The position numbers and the translations under genes were made by a program. This document shows, piece after piece, positions 33,586-44,753 of a DNA stretch of 64,000 bases. Each line of letters begins with the position of its first letter. Positions within the stretch are counted from its first letter, which is position 1. This stretch comes from Planktothrix sp. GU0601_MAG3 (GTDB taxonomy: Bacteria > Cyanobacteriota > Cyanobacteriia > Cyanobacteriales > Microcoleaceae): the NCBI GenBank assembly GCA_035193785.1, contig CP136572.1, positions 1,216,001 to 1,280,000 on the forward strand. The letters are read 5' to 3'. The notes below the pieces were generated by a model. That model searched no databases. It saw nothing but the letters and a program-made list of their open reading frames with translations, and was not told the origin of the DNA.

Positions 33586-33702
33586 GGTTAAGGACTGGGG
33601 TGATGATGGGAGGATGCAATTAATTCAATATTATCACAACTGAATTCTAATATTATTAACTATTATTTGATTGGGATTTTTGCGATCGCTTTTTCCCTCC
33701 TC

Positions 33703-33743
33703 GTAGTGAGTCCTTCAGGACTCAGCCCTAAAGGGCTTACTAC
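33703..33743. repeat. Palindromic dispersed repeat GTAG...CTAC with two internal hairpins
   Basis: gtagtgagtccttcaggactcagccctaaagggcttactac. Confidence 0.6.
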
Positions 33744-33991
33744 AATTTATCGGAAACTACAACCTAAACGATACGGTTAGCCACAATACCAAAACCGATG
33801 GGAGTTCCTACAGTAGTAGATGTGAACCACAAAGGGCAACTGTCCAAAGTTGAAGTCAAACCGTCCTAAACAGGTTCGGTAAACACGCCTTCAAGGAATG
33901 GACAAACCGCCCCCAGTATAGAGATAAGCAATCGTATCTTAAAAACTGTATGGAAATTGGACTCGCCTCTGGAGTCCAGAAGTCGAATTAA

Positions 33992-35961
<1,970 letters not shown>

Positions 35962-36069
35962 TTTCGTTGTTGTGCTTTAGCACCATCTTAGTTGTTGTGC
36001 TTCAGCACCATCATTCCTCCCTCCTTAAGTTTGAGTAGGGGGGAATTTTTATTATTAAATACAAACCAA

Positions 36070-36570
36070 ATGAAATCTATAAAACCCCAAAATTCTGATC
36101 TTGAAAGAATTATTACTGTCCGCAGAATGCGACGGCTGAGTACCATTTTAGATAATGCAATTAGGGTTCCTGGTACATCAATTGGGTTGGGAATCGACCC
36201 GATTTTAGGGTTAATTCCTGGGGGCGGGGATATATTAGGAGGAGTGTTATCTATTTATATTGTATTTGAGGCATTTAAGTTGGGTTTACCCCGGGAAACT
36301 TTAATTACAATGGTATCCAATATTGCCCTAGAAACTATTACCGGAACTGTCCCCGTATTTGGAGATATTTTTGATGTTGCTTGGAAAGCCAATGTTAAAA
36401 ACGTTGAACTATTAGAAACTTACGTTAATTCCCCTGAAGTGGGGGAAAAAGCCGATCCTTGGTTTATTGTTTTATTATTGGGGGGATTGTTATTATTAAT
36501 TATATTAATTTCTATTGTTGGTATTGCCGTTTTAGCATTTATTTTTCAGAGATTGAGTGCTATGTTTTAA
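36070..36570 (+). CDS. DUF4112 membrane protein
   Basis: LDNAIRVPGT..GIDPILGLIPGGGD...VPVFGDIFDVAWKANVKN. Confidence 0.9.
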   Translation: MKSIKPQNSDLERIITVRRMRRLSTILDNAIRVPGTSIGLGIDPILGLIPGGGDILGGVLSIYIVFEAFKLGLPRETLITMVSNIALETITGTVPVFGDIFDVAWKANVKNVELLETYVNSPEVGEKADPWFIVLLLGGLLLLIILISIVGIAVLAFIFQRLSAMF

Positions 36571-36573
36571 TAG

Positions 36574-36712
36574 ATAGGAATAGGGAACAGGGAATAGGGA
36601 ACAGGGAACAGGGAACAGGGAATAGGGAATAGGGAATAGGGAATAGGGAATAGGGAACAGGGAATAGGGAATAGGGAATAGGGAATAGGGAATAGGGAAT
36701 AGGGAATAGGGA
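36574..36712. repeat. Long STRR array (GGGAATA/GGGAACA)
   Basis: About 19 tandem heptamers. Confidence 0.95.
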
Positions 36713-37038
36713 AGGGTATCGCGGATTGCTAGAGAATAATCCACAAAACAATTAAAATGTTAGAAATTCCACCGAAATCATCTTTATTATCGGATCAGTT
36801 ATCAGAAAAATGGGTTTAAAACCCAGTCCTAGAAGGAAGGCTTTATATTGGGTTTTCAGTTCAAATCTAATTGTGCTAACATTTCGGGTAACAGGAAAGG
36901 TATAATGGGCCAAGGGTAGGTTTTGACCTACAGCAAAGCAAACCCGAAAAACTAATGGTAAGGAATCCCCATCCAAACCCTTAGAAATTGTAGAGTAATC
37001 TGTATATTTAACAGTTAAAACTGAAATTTGTTATTAGC

Positions 37039-38041
37039 ATGACATCTGAACAGATCCGCCAACGCTCCGAAATTCTCGGCACTCAAGTTATCACCCGTGA
37101 CAGAGGTAGACGACTTGGAATCGTCAGCCAATTATGGGTAGACATAGATCAGCGTGAAATTGTAGCGATCGGAATCCGTAATAATATTCTAGCGATCGCT
37201 GGAATGCCAAAATTTATGTACCTGAGTAGTGTCCGCGAAATCGGGGACGTAATTTTGGTGGACGATGATACCGTCCTGGAAGAAGACGTGGATGTAGAAA
37301 GCTACAGTACCCTGATCAACAGTGAAGTGATCACCGAAACCGGGGAACCCCTGGGAAGGGTGCGAGGCTTCAAATTTGATACCCGGGATGGCAAACTAGA
37401 ATCTTTAATTATCGCCTCCATTGGTCTACCTCAAATTCCCGAACAGGTGATCAGCACCTACGAATTATCCATTGAGGAAATTGTCAGTAGTGGGCCGAAT
37501 CGATTAATTGTCTTTGAAGGATCGGAAGATCGACTCCAACAGTTGTCCGTCGGTCTGTTGGAACGTTTAGGTTTAGGAGAAGCACCTTGGGAAAAAGAAG
37601 ATGAGGGAATGTATTATCCCCCAACGGTTAAACCTGCTAACCAGTTAGGAAACCGGACTACCCCAAACCATGCCACAACGGGCGGGTCGCGCCCCGGCGG
37701 TGGCCCAGGAAGAATCTTGGGATGAAAATGACGCCTGGGAAGAACATCCCGCCCCGGTTCAGCCCTTACGTCAACCCCAACCGATTTATAATGACTATGA
37801 AGAAGAAGATAATTGGGGCGATGTAGAACGGGATGAGGATGATCGCTATCGGGAACGGGAATTAGTACCCATTGAACCCACCCCGCGTAAAGAACAAAAG
37901 CTCTATGCCAGAGAATTAAAATATGAATATGAAGATGAGGTAGATTCCGATGCTTGGGATGAGGGCGAAAATCCCAAACCCTATCAACCTCCCCGGATTA
38001 ATATTCCAGAGAAAACAAAAATGCCCGAATACGAGGAATAG
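37039..38041 (+). CDS. PRC-barrel domain protein with acidic tail (apparent frameshift at ~37649-37653)
   Basis: LGTQVITRDRGRRLG and INSEVITETGEPLGRVRGF (two PRC barrels), followed by an acidic C-terminus. Confidence 0.88.
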
Positions 38042-38158
38042 AAAATATCCAACCCAACCCCATAAAAACACCACCCCCGGCTAAATACTGGGGGTTAATT
38101 TTATTGTCTGTTTTACCCCGGTTTTCACAGGCGCGACTACCAAGCTATGAGGGTTTTT

Positions 38159-38172
38159 GTATTTCAGCATAC
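38159..38172 (+). promoter_or_regulatory. NtcA binding site upstream of amt
   Basis: Exact GTA-N8-TAC (tGTAtttcagcaTACa) about 80 nt upstream of the amt ATG. amt genes are established NtcA targets. Confidence 0.75.
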
Positions 38173-38252
38173 AGAATCATTGTTGGAACCAATGGGCAAA
38201 ATACAGTTTCACTCTCGGGATACTTTGTATTTATAGGGAAAAAATAGTAGCG

Positions 38253-39660
38253 ATGCTCAAAAAACTAGGAATTATTGGATTAATTGCATTGGCTCTGTTA
38301 GCTGGCCCTCTGACGAGAACAGCTTGGGCACAAGCGGCCGTAGAAAATCCGATTAACACCGGAGATACGGCTTTTATGTTGATTTCGGCTGCCTTAGTGC
38401 TGTTTATGACCCCCGGTTTAGCCTTCTTTTACGGGGGCTTAGTGCGCTCTAGGAACATCCTTAATACCATGATGATGAGTTTCATCTTAATGGGCATTGT
38501 CGGCGTTACCTGGGTATTCTGGGGATATAGCCTCGCCTTTGATGTGTCAACTCCCATCTCGGAAGGCTTTGGCAAAGGCCTGGAACAGTTCATTGGCGGA
38601 TTTGATTGGCTATTTTTAAATAAAGTTACAGCCGATGCCCCTGACCCGATTGGCTATGCGGCCACCATTCCTCACCAATTATTTATGGTCTATCAGATGA
38701 TGTTTGCCATCATCACCCCGGCTTTAATTTCCGGGGCAATTGTGGAACGCATCACCTTCAAGGCCTATTTTTGGTTTGTCCTACTCTGGTCTACATTTAT
38801 TTACTCTCCCTTAGCCCATTGGGTTTGGGGTCGGGGTTGGTTACAAGCCATTGGTTCCCTAGACTTTGCCGGGGGAACCGTGGTTCATATTAGTTTCCGG
38901 GGTGTCGGCGGTGGTTATCGTGTGGATGATTGGCTCACGGAAAAATTTTATGGTGGTTCCCCATGCTCCCCATAATGTTCCTTTCGTCCTATTAGGAATT
39001 GGGATGTTATGGTTTGGCTGGTTTGGCTTCAATGCTGGTAGTGCTTTAAGTGTAGGTTCTTTAGCCACCGTTGCCTTTGTCAGCACCATGGTTTCAGCAT
39101 CGGCTGGAGGATTGACCTGGGCGATTGTGGAATGGTACTTACGCGGTAAACCAACGGCCGTTGGGATTGCTAGTGGTTTCCTAGCCGGGTTAGTGGGAAT
39201 CACTCCCGCAGCAGGATTTGTTACCCCGGTTGGTGCAATTTTAATTGGTTCTATCACAGCCGTTTGCTGTTTCTATGCCGTCAGTTGGCGGGTGAAATTA
39301 GAATTTGATGATTCTTTAGATACCTATTCCGTTCATGGTGTGGGTGGAACTATTGGGGCTATTTTAACCGGAATTTTTGCGACAAAAAGTGTCAATCCGG
39401 CTGGATTTGATGGACTTTTATATGGCAATCCAGGACAATTAATTCCTCAAATTGTTGGGGTAGTTGCTACCTACATTTTTGCCGGGGCGGGAACTTTTGT
39501 GATCATCAAAATTCTCGGTTCCTTGATGGAATTGCGAGTTAAACCGATGGTCGAAGAACAAGGTTTGGATATTGACCAACATGGAGAGGAAGCTTATGGC
39601 GAAGATTTTGCTTCCGGTTTAAGTTTTTCAACTGGAAGTTTTTCTGGAAAAGAAAGGTAA
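38253..39660 (+). CDS. amt: Ammonium transporter (apparent frameshift at ~38893-38897)
   Basis: LFMTPGLAFFYGG, YQMMFAIITPALISGA, DFAGGTVVH, WFGWFGFNAGS and DDSLDTYSVHG. Confidence 0.96.
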
Positions 39661-39831
39661 CTTTAGGGATTTAGGGGTTTCATTCGGAAAATGGAACCCC
39701 TATAAATCTCATTTTTATTTTAATTATCTTTAGCAAGGCTGAAATCGCTGTATGCCATTTTATATCTCTATTGAGTTTTAATGTTTGGTGCTATGATCAT
39801 GGTTAGCTCTCATTTAGCTATATCTTTAAAA

Positions 39832-41223
39832 CTATTCGCTAACCATTTTAACATATTTTTTTAATATCGGTTGAATGGTGAAAACGGTTTCATTTTCATA
39901 GCTGAATTTTTCGATCATTCCCCGTCTTACTAAAGATTGAATTGCTTTAAATAATTCGCCTTGGGAGTCTTGACATTTTGCAATTAATTGGGTAATTGAA
40001 ACGGGTTTACTTTCGTTACTGAGTTGCGCGATCGCGTGTTTCTCACACTCCGATAACCTCTGATAATGCCGCTGTAATATCGGTGTCAATTCATCGCTTA
40101 ACAATACTGCTTGATAACTTAAATATTGAGATACTCTACCGCTAAATAAGTTATTAATGGTTTGAGCGACTAATTTTAACCAGAGGGGATTACCTTGATA
40201 AAGGTTAATCAATTCTGGCCAGTAATCTTCATCTAATAAACCTTTTTCTCTAAGAATTTCTGTTGCAGCTTCACCTAGGCCAGTTAATTGTAATAAACAT
40301 ACTGCTAAATTATCATCTGTGAATGTTATAATATCTAAAGGTGGTTCCCAACTATTGAGGATTAAACAACTATGATGAGGAATTTCGCCGATAAGTTTAA
40401 ATAGGGTTCCATAATTTTCGTATCCGGGTTTATAATTGCCTGCAAGTTGGCCGCTGTTGAGGATTTGTTGCACGTCATCTAGGATAATGAGACAGCGATG
40501 GGTGCGTAAAGATTCTATGAGTATTTCTAGTTGGGTATCAATATTTTCTGGTAAGGTAATTTCGGGTTGATTTGAGAGAAATTGAATCAGGTTTTTGAGG
40601 GTTGTTTCTAGGGGTAGGGAAGTGCGAAGACTGCGCCAAATAAGGCGATCGAATTGAGTTTGAAGTTGGGGGATGAGGTGACGTGCGATCGCGCTTTTGC
40701 CGATGCCACTCATACCTGTGATGGTGAGGAGGCGACAGTTTTGGTGTGCGATCGCATTTTCGAGGGTGCTGAGGGGTGAATTGGGGTAGTTGTAGAAGGT
40801 TTTGAGATCTGGTGCGTCTCTTAAATCGAGTTTTTGTTGGGTATTATTTTCATTTGAGGTTTGTGTTGGGGGTGAGTTTTGTGGAGGTTTGGGACGGTGT
40901 GGGGTTTCTGTGCAGAAGTTATTGATATTGCCTTTGGTTTGTATTACGAAATTAGAGGATTGAGAAATTTGATATCTTTCTATTGCAGAATGAAAAGTAG
41001 ATTTACTAACCTTTTCACCTAACTTTTTTTTAATGAGTTGCCATAATTTTGAAGCGACATTAGCAACGTGATGTTCAGTACAGTGATATTCTTTAGCAAT
41101 TTCGGAGTATCTTTTTCCTTGATAACTTGCGAGTAATACTGCTTGTTGCAGGTTGTCTAAGTGTTTGCCAGTTTTAGCTAAAACTAGGTCGTCAGCAAAT
41201 TTTAAGATTTCTTTAACGTCCAT
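39832..41223 (-). CDS. N-terminal HTH + NB-ARC (STAND) ATPase with C-terminal winged helix and no WD40/TPR tail
   Basis: HTH-like N-terminus, Walker A GMSGIGKS, Walker B LIILDDV, GNPLWL motif and C-terminal QSLVRRGMIEK. Confidence 0.85.
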   Translation of the reverse strand: MDVKEILKFADDLVLAKTGKHLDNLQQAVLLASYQGKRYSEIAKEYHCTEHHVANVASKLWQLIKKKLGEKVSKSTFHSAIERYQISQSSNFVIQTKGNINNFCTETPHRPKPPQNSPPTQTSNENNTQQKLDLRDAPDLKTFYNYPNSPLSTLENAIAHQNCRLLTITGMSGIGKSAIARHLIPQLQTQFDRLIWRSLRTSLPLETTLKNLIQFLSNQPEITLPENIDTQLEILIESLRTHRCLIILDDVQQILNSGQLAGNYKPGYENYGTLFKLIGEIPHHSCLILNSWEPPLDIITFTDDNLAVCLLQLTGLGEAATEILREKGLLDEDYWPELINLYQGNPLWLKLVAQTINNLFSGRVSQYLSYQAVLLSDELTPILQRHYQRLSECEKHAIAQLSNESKPVSITQLIAKCQDSQGELFKAIQSLVRRGMIEKFSYENETVFTIQPILKKYVKMVSE

Positions 41224-41255
41224 AGTCAGGTAGGTGTAGATGATATGGCTATGAT

Positions 41256-41372
41256 ATCAGATTTTTATGATGTTTTATGATGTTTGTGATAAAAAGTAAT
41301 TTGTTTTGATTAAAGTCCTGATAAAATCTGATGTTTGCTACTTGACAGAACTAATTTTCACTATGTTAATAT
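41256..41372. promoter_or_regulatory. Divergent promoter region with ~10-11-bp direct repeats and a sigma70-like promoter for the 41408 operon
   Basis: tttttatgatg-ttttatgatg-tttgtgata repeats. TTGACA at 41342-41347 and TGnTAATAT at 41364-41372. Confidence 0.5.
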
Positions 41373-41407
41373 GTTGAAAATACAGTTTAAATTTTAAATT
41401 CAATCAA

Positions 41408-41956
41408 GTGGATACCTTAACATTCATTCTTAATATAGCTTGTTCAGTGCTGTCGGGCATAATAGTTAATCTAGTAAAGGATAACACAGATCAGGGAAAA
41501 GTAGCACTAAAAGCTGATATAGAGCTAGAAGTCGTTCGTCAAGTACGTGAAGAATTTAAGAGAATTGAAAGACAACCTCTCGAACAAGAAATTAAAGAAA
41601 TTACCGCTAAGATTCTTGAAGAAATCAATAACTTAGCCAATAAAGACCCTGATTTAAAATTTTCACATGATAAAATAGAACTCAAAAAACCAGTGGGAAA
41701 GCCAATTTTGCCCTTCTCAGACAGAGGTGTTGATCAAGAAGTTGAAATTCGCCTGGAACGGTTAAAAGAAATCATAGCCCAAAGGCGTAAAGAATTAGAT
41801 TTGCCTCCAGAATCTAAAGAGGAAAATTTAAAAGATAATCTTTCTGGTTGGGAACCAGTTAAACAAGAAACTGAAACTCATTGGCAAAAGAGGATTAACG
41901 ATTCAGTTCGCAAGATCCAAATTATTCACTCAGGCGGTGAGGTTATAGATGAATAA
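41408..41956 (+). CDS. Hypothetical protein with N-terminal hydrophobic helix and coiled-coil
   Basis: GTG start, LTFILNIACSVLSGIIVNLV followed by E/K-rich helices. Overlaps the next ORF by 8 nt. Confidence 0.75.
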   Translation: MDTLTFILNIACSVLSGIIVNLVKDNTDQGKVALKADIELEVVRQVREEFKRIERQPLEQEIKEITAKILEEINNLANKDPDLKFSHDKIELKKPVGKPILPFSDRGVDQEVEIRLERLKEIIAQRRKELDLPPESKEENLKDNLSGWEPVKQETETHWQKRINDSVRKIQIIHSGGEVIDE

Positions 41957-42797
41957 AACAACTTATATTCCTGAACGCTTTAGGCGTGTATTAGAGCTTC
42001 ATATTGTCAAAAATTTAATGACAAATATTACAGGTCGCCTTCCATTGCTGTTGGGAATTCATGGAGCATCAGGAGATGGCAAAACCTTCCAGTGTGAACA
42101 AATTCTAAGCGAAATTGGTGTTAAGGCATTCTTGATATCTGGTGGACAGTTAGAAAGTCCAGATTCTGGAAAGCCTGCTCAACTTGTTAGAGACACTTAT
42201 CTCGAAGCGAGTGATTGCATCGAAAAGGGTAAGTCCAGAGCAGCAGTAATGCTGATAAATGACATAGATACAGGATTAGGTAATTGGGGAAATTTGGTTC
42301 AATACACCGTAAATACACAAACAGTTTTTGGTGAATTGATGCACCTTGTCGATTACCCAAATTTAGTAGAGGGAATACCTACCCGACGCATTCCTATTAT
42401 CATAACTGGCAATGATTTCACTAAGTTATATGAACCGCTCGTTCGTGCAGGTAGAATGACGGCATTTGAGTGGAAGCCTACTTTAGAAGAAAAAGCAAAA
42501 ATAGTCGAGGGCATTTTTTCAGAGATTAGCCCCCAAGAATGCGAAGCCATTGTCAGGGAATTTGAATCTCAACCTGTTGCTTTCTTTTGCCATCTCAGAG
42601 CTAGCCTTATAGATGAGGATCTATGGAAACTAATTCAAATCGCAGGTGGTACGAGAAAAGCTATAGAAATGATTAGTGCTCCTTATAATCCTAGGCAGCC
42701 AGTTTTACATCCAACTATTCGTTTTGAGCAGATAGTACAAGCTGGTAGAGATATTTTTAAGTCGGGTCAATTAATCAATCATTTGAGGTCAAGCTAA
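41949..42797 (+). CDS. Rubisco-activase-like (green-type Rca/ALC family) AAA+ ATPase lacking the RbcS-like domain
   Basis: YIPERF..LHIVKN, LLGIHGASGDGKTFQCE, ISGGQLESPDSGKPA, MLINDID, QYTVNTQ, PIIITGNDF..LYEPLVRAGRM. These are the Rca/ALC motif series. Confidence 0.85.
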   Translation: MNKTTYIPERFRRVLELHIVKNLMTNITGRLPLLLGIHGASGDGKTFQCEQILSEIGVKAFLISGGQLESPDSGKPAQLVRDTYLEASDCIEKGKSRAAVMLINDIDTGLGNWGNLVQYTVNTQTVFGELMHLVDYPNLVEGIPTRRIPIIITGNDFTKLYEPLVRAGRMTAFEWKPTLEEKAKIVEGIFSEISPQECEAIVREFESQPVAFFCHLRASLIDEDLWKLIQIAGGTRKAIEMISAPYNPRQPVLHPTIRFEQIVQAGRDIFKSGQLINHLRSS

Positions 42798-42799
42798 AA

Positions 42800-43345
42800 A
42801 TGGCTAAAACAGTTACCTATTCAAAAACAACAACTTGGACTAGAATTGAAGCCATAAAAATACAGGTCAATATCGCACTGCGTCACACAACAGACCTTTC
42901 TATAGATTTAATAGAAGAATCTATTTTAAAAGGAATTGAAAATAAGTGGATTAGTAAAGTCCATGTTTATGCGTTAGACAGTGAAAATCTTTGCAGAGCA
43001 CAGTTAAGTATGGAAATTGACTGGGATAAGCATGACGTGCAGATAGCTAACGGCAAAACCACAGTTGTCATAACTGAAGATGGGCGAACTTGGATAGATA
43101 ATACAGCTATTGAGTTAAGCGAGGCTATTTCACTATTTAAGGATTATGTAACTCAACATTCGCTTCAAACTAAATGTCACACATCCTATGCACCCCGAGT
43201 CAATCGCGAAGATGCTAACCTTACTCTTAGAATGGTTAATGCTGAACCGATCAAATGGAAGGATAAAGCAAATCAATTATTTGATTTTGATCTATTAGCA
43301 ATTAAAGAACTTCGTGTTGGTTTTTATTGTGTAGATGAATCGTAA
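42800..43345 (+). CDS. Hypothetical protein, probable bacterial HORMA-like domain
   Basis: 181 aa with a Thr/Ser/Tyr-rich N-terminal tail (TVTYSKTTTWT), then helix-helix-beta-hairpin (ILKGIENKWISKVHVYALD...AQLSMEIDW). The pattern resembles CBASS HORMA proteins. Starts 2 nt after the ATPase stop. Confidence 0.55.
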   Translation: MAKTVTYSKTTTWTRIEAIKIQVNIALRHTTDLSIDLIEESILKGIENKWISKVHVYALDSENLCRAQLSMEIDWDKHDVQIANGKTTVVITEDGRTWIDNTAIELSEAISLFKDYVTQHSLQTKCHTSYAPRVNREDANLTLRMVNAEPIKWKDKANQLFDFDLLAIKELRVGFYCVDES

Positions 43346-43429
43346 GGAATCATACCTTTCACATATCCCAAAGAGTGATCGCCCTTCCTTGAGTAAACGT
43401 GCGATCGCTCTTTAATAAGTGACTACTGA

Positions 43430-43540
43430 ACACTGACAGGTCATACTGGGGGTATTTGTGCTGTTGCTTTTAGTCCAGATGGACAAATAATTGTCCGTAG
43501 TAGTGTGGACAGAACTATTAAAATTTGGCGATATCAATAA
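43430..43540 (+). pseudogene. Isolated terminal WD40 repeat fragment
   Basis: TLTGHTGGICAVAFSPDGQIIVRSSVDRTIKIWRYQ* with no upstream gene body. Confidence 0.75.
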
Positions 43541-43585
43541 ATATTATACAACTATCAGAGCTATAGCGATCATATTCTTCCTTAT

Positions 43586-43922
43586 TTAATTGACAGCAAA
43601 TCCCGTATGTTGCCGAATATTGGGAGAACGAAATCCCAGAACAATCTGTTCTTTTGGGATTCCCCCCGCTACTAACTCATTAGCAATTCCCTGTTCAGTT
43701 TCCATCTCTTTGAATCCAAATTTTCCCCTCAATAATATCAACATGAACCAAACATCCGTGAACTCTGATATCGTTTTCACGTCCCAATATTATTAGCAAA
43801 TAATGGTCTGAATTAATATCAAAAACCGTTTGAATCTGAATATCTCCATAAGCATAAGGTATTTGAGCATATTCAGTCAGAATTTTTTGGATGATATAAC
43901 GATAATTTTCTAAGGTTTCCAT
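43586..43922 (-). CDS. xisI: XisI family protein (apparent frameshift at ~43698-43702)
   Basis: YRYIIQKILTEYA...DHYLL..GRE..RVHGCLVHVDIIEGKIWIQRDG(T)EQGIANELVAGGIPKEQIVLGF. Confidence 0.9.
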
Positions 43923-43945
43923 TGTACTATCTCCTCATTTTCTTC

Positions 43946-44753
43946 AGTTTTTAATTATCCGGCGGTTGAAACCGCAGCTACACAAACAAAACCCGCCGAC
44001 GCGGGTTAAAGATTCTGGGAGCGGATTTTTCCTACCCATATACCCCCTTTGTCCGCGCAGGCGGACATCGTTTGTGTAGCCGCGATTTCAATCGCCGAGG
44101 GCCTTATTCCTATGGGGAATGTCAGATCAAATCAAAGTCACATCAAATCAAAGTTTTTAATTATCCGGCGGTTGAAACCGCAGCTACACAAACAAAACCC
44201 GCCGACGCGGGTTAAAGATTCTGGGAGCGGATTTTTCCTACCCATATACCCTCCTTGTCCGCGCAGGCGGACATTGTTTGTGTAGACGCGATTTCAATCG
44301 CCGAGGGCCTTATTCCCATGGGGAATGTCAGATCAAATCAAAGTCACATCAAATCAAAGTTTTTAATTATCCGGCGGTTGAAACCGCAGCTACACAAACA
44401 AAACCCGCCGACGCGGGTTAAAGATTCTGGGAGCGGATTTTTCCTACCCATATACCCTCCTTGTCCGCGCAGGCGGACATTGTTTGTGTAGACGCGATTT
44501 CAATCGCCGAGGGCCTTATTCCCATGGGGAATGTCAGATCAAATCAAAGTCACATCAAATCAAAGTTTTTAATTATCCGGCGGTTGAAACCGCAGCTACA
44601 CAAGCAAAACCCGCCGACGCGGGTTTGAAGATTCCGGGGCGGATTTTTCCTACCCACATACCCTATAAGTCCGCGCAGGCGGACATCGTTTGTGTAGACG
44701 CGATTTCAATCGCCGAGGGCTTTATTTCTATTGGGAATGTCACATCAAATCAA
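43946..44753. repeat. Tandem array of four ~206-bp palindromic (MITE/REP-like) units
   Basis: Units start at 43946, 44152, 44358 and 44564. Each has cggcggttgaaaccgcagctacacaaac...gtttgtgtag(c/a)cgcgatttcaatcgccg inverted arms and internal hairpins. Confidence 0.95.

Noticed and set aside
33874..33889. K-box upstream of dnaK
   Set aside because: Only the GTTCGG half matches the consensus as I recall it, which is too weak to call.
36532..36751. ORFs with YSLFPIP repeats (also 46525-46731, 44049-44783, 61009-61385)
   Set aside because: They are translations of tandem repeat DNA, not credible proteins.
41949..42797. Canonical carboxysomal Rubisco activase (alc/rca)
   Set aside because: It lacks the RbcS-like domain, its motifs are diverged, and it sits in an accessory operon with no rbc/ccm genes, so no gene symbol was assigned.
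41408..43345. Type III CBASS
   Set aside because: No CD-NTase or recognisable cyclic-nucleotide effector is nearby, and the ATPase is Rca-like rather than TRIP13-like.
43946..44753. CRISPR array
   Set aside because: The whole 206-bp unit repeats, there are no unique spacers, and no cas genes are in the window.
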